IMG/VR virus record: IMGVR_UViG_3300032296_002405
Span: 4,219 to 68,218 of that record
Length of the DNA: 64,000 nucleotides
Origin: a virus
Direction: 5' to 3' (one strand)
Shown here: positions 48,671 to 58,500 of the stretch, one piece after another
How positions within the stretch are numbered: position 1 is the stretch's first letter
How the letters are laid out: every line of letters begins with the position of its first letter
Translations under genes and position numbers: made by a program
Notes under the pieces: generated by a model
What the model saw: only the letters and a program-made list of their open reading frames with translations
What the model was told of the DNA's origin: nothing
The model's database searches: none

Positions 48671-49651
48671 ATGGAAGAGAATCAAAACAATGATGTGGCG
48701 AACATGCCAAGTATTGGAAATCATTTAAGAAACATTGTATCACAACAGCAAGAATCTGCACCTACGCAGGAAACTGCTCCTGAGGCAGTTGAAAGTCAGC
48801 CGGAGCCGCAAGTCGAGTCGGTCCCACAGGTTGAATCCACTCCTGTCATGGAGTCGGAGCCTGATACCTCATGGCTTGACCTTCCTGCACAAGGTAGTGA
48901 GTCTGTTAAAAAGGATGAAGGTCCTAGCGCCGAAGAGAAGCTAAGGTTTTACGAGGCGTTGTTACAGGACAAGGAGGCTCAACTTTTCATTGAGGCGAAG
49001 AAGGCCGGGAAGTCCTTGCTGGACATATCAAAGGAATATCAAGTGATTGACTATGACAAGATGAGTGCTGAGGACCTGGCTAAACACTATGGGCAGCACC
49101 TTGGTCTTAGTGAAGATCAGATAGAGGAGTCGATAGACAGCATATCGTCTATGAATCCGATTCAGAAGTTTGAAATGACTAACTCTTGGAAGGAGAAGCT
49201 TAATGCGGTTCAGGCTGGCAAGATTGAACAACTTGCTGGGAACTACAAGCAATCCTATGAGGAGCAGGCGTGGATACTTCAAAAGGCTTCCTCCGATTTG
49301 GAGCGGGAGGCGGCTACAATAGTGGACAAGGAGATATTCTCCACGAAGTTTACCCAGAAGGATGCTGAGGATTTTAAGAGTTTTGTACAAAACTTCAACA
49401 CACTCAACTCTGACGGAACTTTGAACATGGCTGCGATGAAACAATATTGGATAGGGACGAAGATTTCGGCCATCCAAAAGGCTAATTTCGCAAGAGGTGC
49501 TTCAGAGGGAAGGAAGGAGATCCTGAAGGAGATTCATCGTCCAAGTGATTCAAGCTCCGTTGCAACCAAGTTGCCAGAAGTAAAGTCTAACCAATCCGAC
49601 GCAGAGAAGGCTCAAAAAGCATTGAGGGCCATGATGTCGGGAAAATTCTAA
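48671..49651 (+). CDS. Scaffold protein (probable)
   Basis: Acidic disordered N-terminus, helical, directly before MCP. Confidence 0.65.
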   Translation: MEENQNNDVANMPSIGNHLRNIVSQQQESAPTQETAPEAVESQPEPQVESVPQVESTPVMESEPDTSWLDLPAQGSESVKKDEGPSAEEKLRFYEALLQDKEAQLFIEAKKAGKSLLDISKEYQVIDYDKMSAEDLAKHYGQHLGLSEDQIEESIDSISSMNPIQKFEMTNSWKEKLNAVQAGKIEQLAGNYKQSYEEQAWILQKASSDLEREAATIVDKEIFSTKFTQKDAEDFKSFVQNFNTLNSDGTLNMAAMKQYWIGTKISAIQKANFARGASEGRKEILKEIHRPSDSSSVATKLPEVKSNQSDAEKAQKALRAMMSGKF

Positions 49652-49673
49652 CTTAATTTAACAATCTAAAAAA

Positions 49674-51035
49674 ATGATTACACCAAATAACCCCCAATAT
49701 AACCCGTTGTTCGCTACGATTGTGAACAACCGTAACTGGGCGTCCGGAGTACAAGATCTCGCCCGTGGTTGGGCCAAGCCGTTGATGCTTGTTGACGCTT
49801 TGAACCCATCCGGTTCTTATTCAATCGAAGGTCCTGATGGACAGTTGCGCGTTGCTTTCCAACCCCGTCAAGAGGTTGTTGCAACCGTTGCTACCGTTAC
49901 ACAGTCAGGTGCTAACCTGGTTGTTACCTGGGTTGATCCTACTTACAACGCCTTCCGTGAGAAGATGATTGTCCGTGATTCAAACGGTAACCAAGCTTAT
50001 GTATTGGCTGCTGCTCCCGGTACTGTTACCTTGGCTCCTGCCACCAACCCTGCTGCTCTTGTAGCTGCTTCTCACTTCGTTGCTGGTCGCAGCGTATTGG
50101 AGATGGGTTCTGGTTCCGGTAACCACTACTCTACTGGAGTAACCAACCTGTACAAGGAGAACTCTGTCCGTTACAACTGGACTGCTGTTACCCGTGAGTC
50201 TTTCACCATGAGCCGTCGTGAGAAGTTCATCAGCTACAAGTTCGATGAGACTTTCTACTCTTACACTCAAGGTGAATTGGACATGATCCAGCGCTTCATG
50301 AAGAACAAGGTTAAGAACATGTTCTACTCTGAGCCTGGTCAGTTCGTATCTCCTACTGAAGGTACTGTTAACCGTTACGAAGGTCTTCGTGCCGCTGTGC
50401 GTAACCAGGGTGGTTCTTTCACTTCATCCACTACATTGTTGACTCAAGCCGGTTTCGAGTCTTTGCTTGATTTCATGGCTATCAACGATCCTGCTCAAGA
50501 GCAGAACTATTTGTGGATCGGTGGCCGTCGTGCTTGGGCCAGAATCAACGACCTTTATGGTGGTGCTAACATCCAGTTCACCGTTTCCAAAGCTGTCATC
50601 AACGGTAACGAATTGAACTTCGATGTAACACAAGCTACCATCAACGGTGTTACCATCAAGTTTATGGTTATGTCCATCTTTGATGATGTTTACTCTTTCC
50701 CAACCATTTCCACTATCGCTGGTGCTGGTTACAAAGAGTCTAACACCTTCTGTATCCTTAACCTGAACCCTGTTCCAAACAAGCTTGGCGGAATGATTCC
50801 TTCGGTTCGTAAGTTCCACTTCGGTTCATCTGATTTGACCGGTGGTGCTGAGACCTTGTATCGTTTCATCCCAGGTATGGTTGGCCCTGGAACTACCAAC
50901 TCCACCGGTGGTGGCATGTTGAACGGTTACCAGATGGGTGCTTCCGCTACTGACGGTGGACAGTTCGAGATCCTCGAAGACGCTGGTGTTGACTTCACTG
51001 CTGACGCTTGCGTATGGTGGGAACTTGCCGCTTAA
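49674..51035 (+). CDS. Major capsid protein
   Basis: 453 aa, strong high-expression codon bias, position after scaffold, YEGL and helix pattern of HK97-fold MCPs. Confidence 0.8.
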   Translation: MITPNNPQYNPLFATIVNNRNWASGVQDLARGWAKPLMLVDALNPSGSYSIEGPDGQLRVAFQPRQEVVATVATVTQSGANLVVTWVDPTYNAFREKMIVRDSNGNQAYVLAAAPGTVTLAPATNPAALVAASHFVAGRSVLEMGSGSGNHYSTGVTNLYKENSVRYNWTAVTRESFTMSRREKFISYKFDETFYSYTQGELDMIQRFMKNKVKNMFYSEPGQFVSPTEGTVNRYEGLRAAVRNQGGSFTSSTTLLTQAGFESLLDFMAINDPAQEQNYLWIGGRRAWARINDLYGGANIQFTVSKAVINGNELNFDVTQATINGVTIKFMVMSIFDDVYSFPTISTIAGAGYKESNTFCILNLNPVPNKLGGMIPSVRKFHFGSSDLTGGAETLYRFIPGMVGPGTTNSTGGGMLNGYQMGASATDGGQFEILEDAGVDFTADACVWWELAA

Positions 51036-51070
51036 TCTTAATTAATTAACCTTTAAAAAAAATCTAAAAC

Positions 51071-51811
51071 ATGTCTATCGTATCAACATATCCAAATAAG
51101 ACCTACATCGTTGCCGATGTATACACAGCTACCTCTTGGGCTATGGCTGCTGGTGTTATCACTTGGAGTGACCCCCTTGCTACACAAGGTCAGGTTATCA
51201 CCAAGTACAACGCTATCACCAAGGCTAGCATCACTGCTGCCGTTGCTGAAACCCTACAGGTTACAACCTTGACCCCTGTTGCGGCAAACAACAGTGTGTA
51301 TCAGTTCATCATCCAGCAGTACAACTTCAGTACTGGTAAGACCTACACAGGTACTTATACCTACACTACCGCTGCTTCCGGTGATACTGCTACCACTATC
51401 GGTGATGCGTTCCGTAGTCAAATCAACAATGACCAGAACATCAAGATTGCTGCCACTGGTACAACCACTTTGGTTCTGACCGCTGAAGCCGGATTCCCAG
51501 TGTTTACCGTGACTATCTTGCAAGTTGGTGGTGGTTTGACACAAGTTACCGGTACTCCTGGTGTAGTTGCAGTTGGTACTCCTGCTGCTTTGGCATTGCA
51601 AGGTATCACTGTAGGTGCTGCAAACACTTACACTACCGTTCACATTGAGTACTCTCCTGTTACAGGACAGAACATCAAGGATGGTGTGTCAGTAGCAAGC
51701 GTACTGGATCTTTACCTTGAAGAGGGCGAAGCTGATTACGCAGCCGTATTGGCTGACATCACTGCCGACCTCGATGGTACTGATGCAGCTGACGCTATCG
51801 CCATTATCTAA
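51071..51811 (+). CDS. Auxiliary capsid/decoration protein
   Basis: Thr/Ala-rich beta protein with the same codon bias, followed by a terminator. Confidence 0.6.
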   Translation: MSIVSTYPNKTYIVADVYTATSWAMAAGVITWSDPLATQGQVITKYNAITKASITAAVAETLQVTTLTPVAANNSVYQFIIQQYNFSTGKTYTGTYTYTTAASGDTATTIGDAFRSQINNDQNIKIAATGTTTLVLTAEAGFPVFTVTILQVGGGLTQVTGTPGVVAVGTPAALALQGITVGAANTYTTVHIEYSPVTGQNIKDGVSVASVLDLYLEEGEADYAAVLADITADLDGTDAADAIAII

Positions 51812-51834
51812 TCCCCGTTTCCTCCTTTGCGAAG

Positions 51835-51863
51835 ACCTCCCTGATTACCGGGAGGTTTTTTTT
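51835..51863 (+). terminator. Rho-independent terminator
   Basis: ACCTCCC/GGGAGGT stem then T-run; -7 box TATATTTG follows at 51866-51873. Confidence 0.85.
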
Positions 51864-51900
51864 ATTATATTTGCCGATGTAACGTCTAAACTGTACTAAC

Positions 51901-53187
51901 ATGAAAGAAAAGCTCAGAATTACGAGCAAACTCCAAAACACGGAGTTTGTCGCACAAACCATCATTAATGGCACATGGTATGTCCTTACAGAGGACTTCA
52001 TCATGATGACCTCTGCGGAATTTGAAACCAATCCGCAGTACCGAAACATGGATATCCTTCGCGTCAAGTTCACTCCCTTGAACAAAACATGGGAGTTTGA
52101 ATATGACACCGAGGACAAGCCGCTTCCTCCACGTCCCAAGTTCGACGAGAACAATCCGGACACATACGAGGAAATGAACCAATACGAACAATTGCGTGAG
52201 ATGAATGAGATGAACAGGCGCAAGCGTATCGCTGTGCGTGAGTTCTTTTCCCGTCATATGCAGTTGGAGCATGGAACCGATTTCCAAAACGGACACGCTC
52301 CAAGTACCGAGCCTATCGGAATCGTAGAGATTGTAACGCAAAGGTCTAGGTTAATGCACCTTGCGGATCGGAAGAAAACGCATGTGTTCACCATCGTTGA
52401 TGGCATGACATGGCAGGAGCAGTATGATTTAGCTTTATACTATGCCCCCGAATTGGCCGGCAAGAGAAGGAGTGAGATTCTCCACGGCTTGATTGGTTTA
52501 AAGGGTATCGGAACAAGGGAATCCCATCTTGGTGGAAAGTTGTGGCAGAAAGCCTACAACGGTGTTATGACCTATGCCGATGACTTCCTTGCCAATTACA
52601 GCAACAACCCAACCGTTGTTATGAAGATATATGTCAATAAGGCTATCGCATTGGGCATTATTGTAAAGAACACCAACGGATTGTACCTGCAAGGAAACAC
52701 TTTCGTAGGTCGTGATTCGGATGATGCTGTGATATATTTCTCTAAGGATATTGATTCGTATGTGAATGTCGTACAGCCTGAGGTAAACCGCATGAGTAAT
52801 CTTCCCGAAGATGATTTGAGGGATGAGAAGCTGGAGGCATACACCAAGAGCAAGTTCGCAACCAAGAAGCAGAACCAAGAAAGCACTGCATCTTTTAATG
52901 AGCATTACAAATTGCTGAAGAGAGACTATAAGGAACTCACGGGCAAGGAGGCTCCTAACAATATCAAGTACGAAGAAATCAAGGAAATCATCGAGGCTTT
53001 GAAAAACGAAGTATCTTTGGGTAAGTCACAAACCAAGGAGCTTCAGGATTCAGTAAACATAATTGATACACAAGACCTTGAAAAATTAAAAGAATATGCC
53101 AAGGAACTGGGTGTTCCTGGATATCAAGCTTATAAATCCGTATCGGCTTTGAAGGAGAAAATCAAGACGGTACTGGAAGTGGAATAA
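51901..53187 (+). CDS. Hypothetical protein with C-terminal HeH/Rho-N-like motifs
   Basis: 428 aa; LEKLKEYAKELGVPGY...LKEKI; own promoter and terminator. Confidence 0.65.
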   Translation: MKEKLRITSKLQNTEFVAQTIINGTWYVLTEDFIMMTSAEFETNPQYRNMDILRVKFTPLNKTWEFEYDTEDKPLPPRPKFDENNPDTYEEMNQYEQLREMNEMNRRKRIAVREFFSRHMQLEHGTDFQNGHAPSTEPIGIVEIVTQRSRLMHLADRKKTHVFTIVDGMTWQEQYDLALYYAPELAGKRRSEILHGLIGLKGIGTRESHLGGKLWQKAYNGVMTYADDFLANYSNNPTVVMKIYVNKAIALGIIVKNTNGLYLQGNTFVGRDSDDAVIYFSKDIDSYVNVVQPEVNRMSNLPEDDLRDEKLEAYTKSKFATKKQNQESTASFNEHYKLLKRDYKELTGKEAPNNIKYEEIKEIIEALKNEVSLGKSQTKELQDSVNIIDTQDLEKLKEYAKELGVPGYQAYKSVSALKEKIKTVLEVE

Positions 53188-53207
53188 GTTGTTTGATTGT
53201 TTAGTTT

Positions 53208-53239
53208 GCCCCCTTGGTGTTTGGCCGAGGGGGTTTTTT
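53208..53239 (+). terminator. Rho-independent terminator
   Basis: GCCCCCTTGGT/GCCGAGGGGGT stem plus T-run. Confidence 0.85.
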
Positions 53240-53284
53240 ATTGGAAATGAGGCATAATGGCTATGTGTTACCTATTTTTGTACT

Positions 53285-54145
53285 ATGCCGATATTTGGAA
53301 CAGACTTTAATAATATCCTAGATCTAAAGACAGATCAGGCGTATACCGGATATTTCACAACAGCCAAGAAGAACAGGTTTGTAAGGGAAGCCACCAACAA
53401 GGGTGTTGAGCTGAAGGTTGCCACCAATGACCGCATACAGGTGCAGGATGATTTGTTTGGAATCTTCAAAACCAATGCTACTTTCACTCCTACATCGAAT
53501 ACATTGGATTTGATTCCTGGTGGTGCGGGCATGACCGATTACCACCATGTGATGAATGTCAAGGCTCAGTATATCATGCCTCTTGGTGTGAATATAACAT
53601 CGGCTACGGCTACTACTCCCATCAGAATCACATTGGCCGGTGAAGTTAATTTGCGTAATGGAGAGGCTGTTCAGATAGCCAGTGTGAACGCACAGGCGAA
53701 CGGTACGAGATATGTAAAGCGTCTTCGTAACGACTTGTTCGAGTTGTATTCGGATAAATACCTCATCACACCCATAGTAGGTGTTACGGCTTTTAGTGGA
53801 ACGGGGCTTATCAACAGGATCATCTACAACGATGCCTATGATATGAAATCGAATAGGAAGTTCAGCAATCTGAACGCACCTTCGGTTTACGATCCGTACT
53901 ATGAAATTGCCAATACGGTTATGAAGATATATCCGATTGATTTGACATGTACACAGATCACGATGGATTATGTTTCCATTCCGGTTTATATAGATGTGAC
54001 TAACGCAAGTACAGACCTCCTTACTATTTACTCTGAGAGGTTCATATATTTCATTGCGGATGAGACAGCAAGATTGATGGCGATGTCCATGAGGGATGAT
54101 AATTTGATGATACAGTCGCAATCCGAGATAACAAACCAGCCATAA
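53285..54145 (+). CDS. Head-tail ring/adaptor protein with inserted FCCH-like beta domain
   Basis: Helical termini, TPIRIT...LRNGEAVQI...NGTRYV...FELY insert; -7 box TATTTTTG 4 nt upstream. Confidence 0.6.
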   Translation: MPIFGTDFNNILDLKTDQAYTGYFTTAKKNRFVREATNKGVELKVATNDRIQVQDDLFGIFKTNATFTPTSNTLDLIPGGAGMTDYHHVMNVKAQYIMPLGVNITSATATTPIRITLAGEVNLRNGEAVQIASVNAQANGTRYVKRLRNDLFELYSDKYLITPIVGVTAFSGTGLINRIIYNDAYDMKSNRKFSNLNAPSVYDPYYEIANTVMKIYPIDLTCTQITMDYVSIPVYIDVTNASTDLLTIYSERFIYFIADETARLMAMSMRDDNLMIQSQSEITNQP

Positions 54146-54146
54146 G

Positions 54147-54800
54147 ATGACGCTTCCTGAACTATATGAACGCATAGGTTCCCTGCCAAGCGGTGGATAT
54201 CTGACTGTTGACACAAGGTTTGACAAGGGTTATATCTATTCATTGATTCATACTGCTCGGGCATTCATTGTTTCGGAGCGTTGGAAGCAGAATGGACTTG
54301 TTCCTCCTGTTTATTATCAAGTATACAAGCCGGAGTATGTAATCCTTTCTCAAGACGAAGACACTTGTTACAGCAAGTTTTACAATGTTCCCGACCTTAT
54401 TTCACTTGATGGTCGTGCAACGGGTCTTGGATATGTCGGAGCGAACGGACAGTTATGCCAGTTTCGTGAGGTGAACAACAGGGCGCAGATGGCATCTATG
54501 ATGAACAATCGTATCATAAAGAAGATGCGTAAGCCTATGGTGTTAGTGCTTGGAAACGGAGAGATAGAGGTTTATTCAAACGACAGCATAGAGAACATGC
54601 GTATGGAGGCGATATTCGCAGACCCAACTAAGGTTCCTTCGTATAATGTGGACTTCGATCAATATCCAATCGAAGCATCCGATATCAGTAAGATGGAATT
54701 GTACATACTTCAGGGAAGCATGAATATGATTTCAAGAACTCCGATGGATAGGATAAATGAGCAGAGGGATACAACCATACCACCACAACCTAGAATGTAA
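54147..54800 (+). CDS. Tail ring protein (crAss-like)
   Basis: MTLPEL...IYSLIHTARA...AIFADP...YPI pattern and position. Confidence 0.6.
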   Translation: MTLPELYERIGSLPSGGYLTVDTRFDKGYIYSLIHTARAFIVSERWKQNGLVPPVYYQVYKPEYVILSQDEDTCYSKFYNVPDLISLDGRATGLGYVGANGQLCQFREVNNRAQMASMMNNRIIKKMRKPMVLVLGNGEIEVYSNDSIENMRMEAIFADPTKVPSYNVDFDQYPIEASDISKMELYILQGSMNMISRTPMDRINEQRDTTIPPQPRM

Positions 54801-55534
54801 TGAAAGTCTGTATTGATTCCGTAATAGATTCAACGAAATTCAGGCTTGGCTTGAGGGATACGACCTTGGCCGATGCCGATTTGGAAAGGCTCATAAATGA
54901 GGGGGCGATGCACCTTGATGCGATTGAGACCTATGTTGTTTCGTGCGAGACATTGGATGTGGATTGCCACAAGGCTAAACTTCCAGAAGGCTTCCTTGAA
55001 TTGATTTGCATCAAGCCGGAGGGGGATAGTTGCAGCGGATCGTGTGGTTGTAATTACAATTTCAATCCGGAGACCGACCAGAATCCCACCAATATCGTTT
55101 GCAATTGCAGCGCCTATTATGCCATCGACCGCAATGTCTTGACCGAGTTTTGTGGACAAGGTTACAATTGCGGCAGTGGATTGAATGTGTTTGATGTACA
55201 GAACGGATATCTTGTGTTCTCAAGCAGTTTCACTGCTACGAGTGTGAAGATATGGTTCCGCAGTTATAACATGGATGAGAACGGACTCATGTTCCTTGAC
55301 GAGTATTGGCAAAGGGGACTCAGCGCTTATGCGGCATATCAATATGCTATGAGTGGTATGAACTATAAGATGTATCCTCAGGCACAGGCATGGCAAAGGG
55401 AATGGGTTGCCCAGTTGAACAAGATACGCGGCAAATCGGCCCAGCGCGACCATCGTCAGCATAAGGGTATTTTCTCTGCAATAGCCCGTGCTATCATGAT
55501 TAATCCGGCATCCGTACTAAACCATAACATATAA
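54800..55534 (+). CDS. Tail ring protein with Cys-rich insert
   Basis: KAKLP...DENGL...ALxAY-like pattern; position before muzzle gene. Confidence 0.6.
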   Translation: MKVCIDSVIDSTKFRLGLRDTTLADADLERLINEGAMHLDAIETYVVSCETLDVDCHKAKLPEGFLELICIKPEGDSCSGSCGCNYNFNPETDQNPTNIVCNCSAYYAIDRNVLTEFCGQGYNCGSGLNVFDVQNGYLVFSSSFTATSVKIWFRSYNMDENGLMFLDEYWQRGLSAYAAYQYAMSGMNYKMYPQAQAWQREWVAQLNKIRGKSAQRDHRQHKGIFSAIARAIMINPASVLNHNI

Positions 55535-55536
55535 CC

Positions 55537-58500
55537 GTGGCTCAACCTCAAATCAATAAAACCAAATGGTCACCACAGCAGGGTGGTCTTAACTCAGACA
55601 TAGACCCGAAAAACATCGGAAACGGAGATTTATTGGTGAACGGTGTCAACACGGGTGGTATGAACATACGATCTGTAGGCCGTGGTGCTAATGTTTCGCC
55701 CGATTACGAGCCGATGTATGGGAATGAATATGTTTACAAGCCTGATGCGCTGACCGTACAGAATAAGAAATTCAGGATATATGTTGACACCTCTGACCAG
55801 CCTGTTCTTGTTGGTCAACCTGATATTGTTTTGAATGGTGATTTTTCAGCAGGTTCAACAGACTGGACGCTTGGTACGAATTGGAGTATTGTAGGTTTGG
55901 CCGCTGCACATGCGCCAGGTGTGGCAAGTTCGTTATCTCAAACACAGACCGGAATCGTACCCGGAATGTACGGAGTGACATTTACAATCAGTGGTGTCAC
56001 GGCAGGTTCAATAACGATACCTTCGGATCAGTTTTCCGGAACTGCATATTCAACGAACGGGACTTTTTATGCACCATACGCCGTTTATGTAGATACTTTG
56101 GGAAATTTCAATCTTGTTTTTGACGCATCTAGTTCATTCGATGGGTCGATAGATAATATAATCGTTACAAAAACAGCTGATATTTTCGTATTTACCCCTT
56201 CGCTTACCACTCCTTCCGGGATTAGTTTGATTACACAAACGGTATCTTATTGGCCTATATCAAGCAATGTAACAGACACCCTTACAGCCATAGAGGATTG
56301 GTTTGCCAATGAGACATCAAATGGATTTCCTGCAAGACTGCCCGTTACATCGCAAGTTGCGACCGGAGCCTATACAGGATATGTAGAGGTTGAATTCACA
56401 GACTTCCCGAATTTTGATTATTTCTTTTCCATAGAATATGATGAAATATTATCGAGTTTCAAATTCGGTGATAAGATTCAGGTTATCATATCACAAGAAG
56501 CCATAGATCCGGGTTGTCTTGGTGAATGGAATTTGATTGGAAGCGATGACAAGCCGACTGATTCGTTCCAGTTTTGGACTACCAGAAGGACGCTCCCATC
56601 CGAATTGGAGATTTGGAACATATCGAATTCTTTGGGAGTTGTAAGAATAACAACATTGAATCCTCATGGTCTTGTAAACAACCAAGCCGTTAGGATATCC
56701 AATGTGGTTGGTGTTCCAGAAGCCATAGGAATATGGACCGTTACCGTTATCGATGCTTACAATTTCGACCTTAACAATTCCGCATTCATTGGCCCTACAT
56801 ATGTTTCCGGGGGGCTTGTTGGAATAAACATATATGGTGTTGGTGAAATCGGTGTTGCCGTACAGGATGACCAGGGTGTCATATCATATACCAGACTTTT
56901 AAGGTCGAAGGAGTTTAACTTTTCCACATTAAAGCAGATCGATTGCCGCGCAAAGAGGAAGCAGGATACTCAAAAATTCTCTGTTTACTATACCGACAAT
57001 TTTAATTTACCAAGGGTTTTTTATTATAAGGGAGCATATATCACCGATGGCGGTCTGACCATAGTTGACTCAAACAACATATACCAATATGGCAATATTG
57101 ATTTAGAATCCAAATGGATTATAAACAATGAAAAATTCAGAATTGAAGTCATAAGCCAAACAACAGGTGGTGGTGCAGTCAAATCCGGTTTGTGGAGGTA
57201 TTCTGCAAGGCTTCTTACATCTGATTTCTCAGCAACGAATTGGAGCCAGCTAACGGAAGGCATACCTGTTTTTGCAAATGACAATAATTATGTAGGATTG
57301 ATAGGCAGTCTTCCTGATGTTGTATGTAACAAAGTCAATCAGCTTAAACTTACCAATGAGGTTTCTGGCATATTCACCTATGTGGAAATAGCCGCCCTGA
57401 ATTATTTCAACACAGCGGCTCCATCAGGATTCATCATAGGAAGATATGTGCTGGATGGAAATCTGGAGCAGTTCTTCTCACATAACGGGTACGAGAACAA
57501 TGTTCTGGACCTTGATGTCGGTTCTTTGAATGACTTTTCTCAATCTTTCTATCTTGCTCAAAATGTGGAACTTCTTGATGGAAGGGCCATATTGTCGAAT
57601 CTTACTCCTAATCAGACATATGATTTCCGCGAGTGGGTTTCGACTTTTGAATATAGTTTAAACTACAGAGAACTAATATCCGTAGGTTCTTGGGGGTTGA
57701 ACCAATTATCTGTTGGAGAATACCAAGTCCCAATGAATGTCTATAGTTACAAGAGCCATATGATGATGGAGACATATAGATATGGCTTTATGTTCAAGTT
57801 GAAATCGGGTGCATTGACGCCTGTTTTTTATCCAGGGTATGATATAAAAATAGACCTTCCTGCAACATTGCCTTTGGAAAGAAGGCCCGGCACATTTGTT
57901 AATTTTGATCTTACACGCGGTGGTTCTGGACCTACTCCCGCCCGGGCGCTTTCCATATATATAACATGGGAGAATATAGACTTGGCTTTTTTGATTGATG
58001 GAACACCGGCATATGAGCTGATAGATGAGATTATACCTTGCAGGGCAACTGTAGTTCCTGAGGTGCTAGCTCATGGGATGTTGGCACTGGGTGTTTCGGG
58101 TCAGGCTGGTAATATAGACAACCAACCGGCTTTGACCAATTCGGATTTCATAAGGCCTGATGAGGCAACCATTTCTACTACGATTCCAGATGGCATCATA
58201 CCATATCCATTTGCTTTCGGAGGTGGTGGAGATGGATGGAACCCTAGAAAAATTGACCTTACAAACGATATATATCCAGGAACTGTCAATGATGTCAGTT
58301 TTGGATCGCAAAGGACAGCTTATTATTTTTATTCACCTGAAATATATTTCAATCTTACTGAATTCGGATTTCAAACAGGAGACGAACTTTATGTATTTGG
58401 AAGTCCTTTAAGATATGGAGGGTATAGTTTTAGAGAAGGTGGTGGTGGTACAAATGGAGAATATCTTTCCTATTATTTTGATTGGGATGGAGAGACTGGA

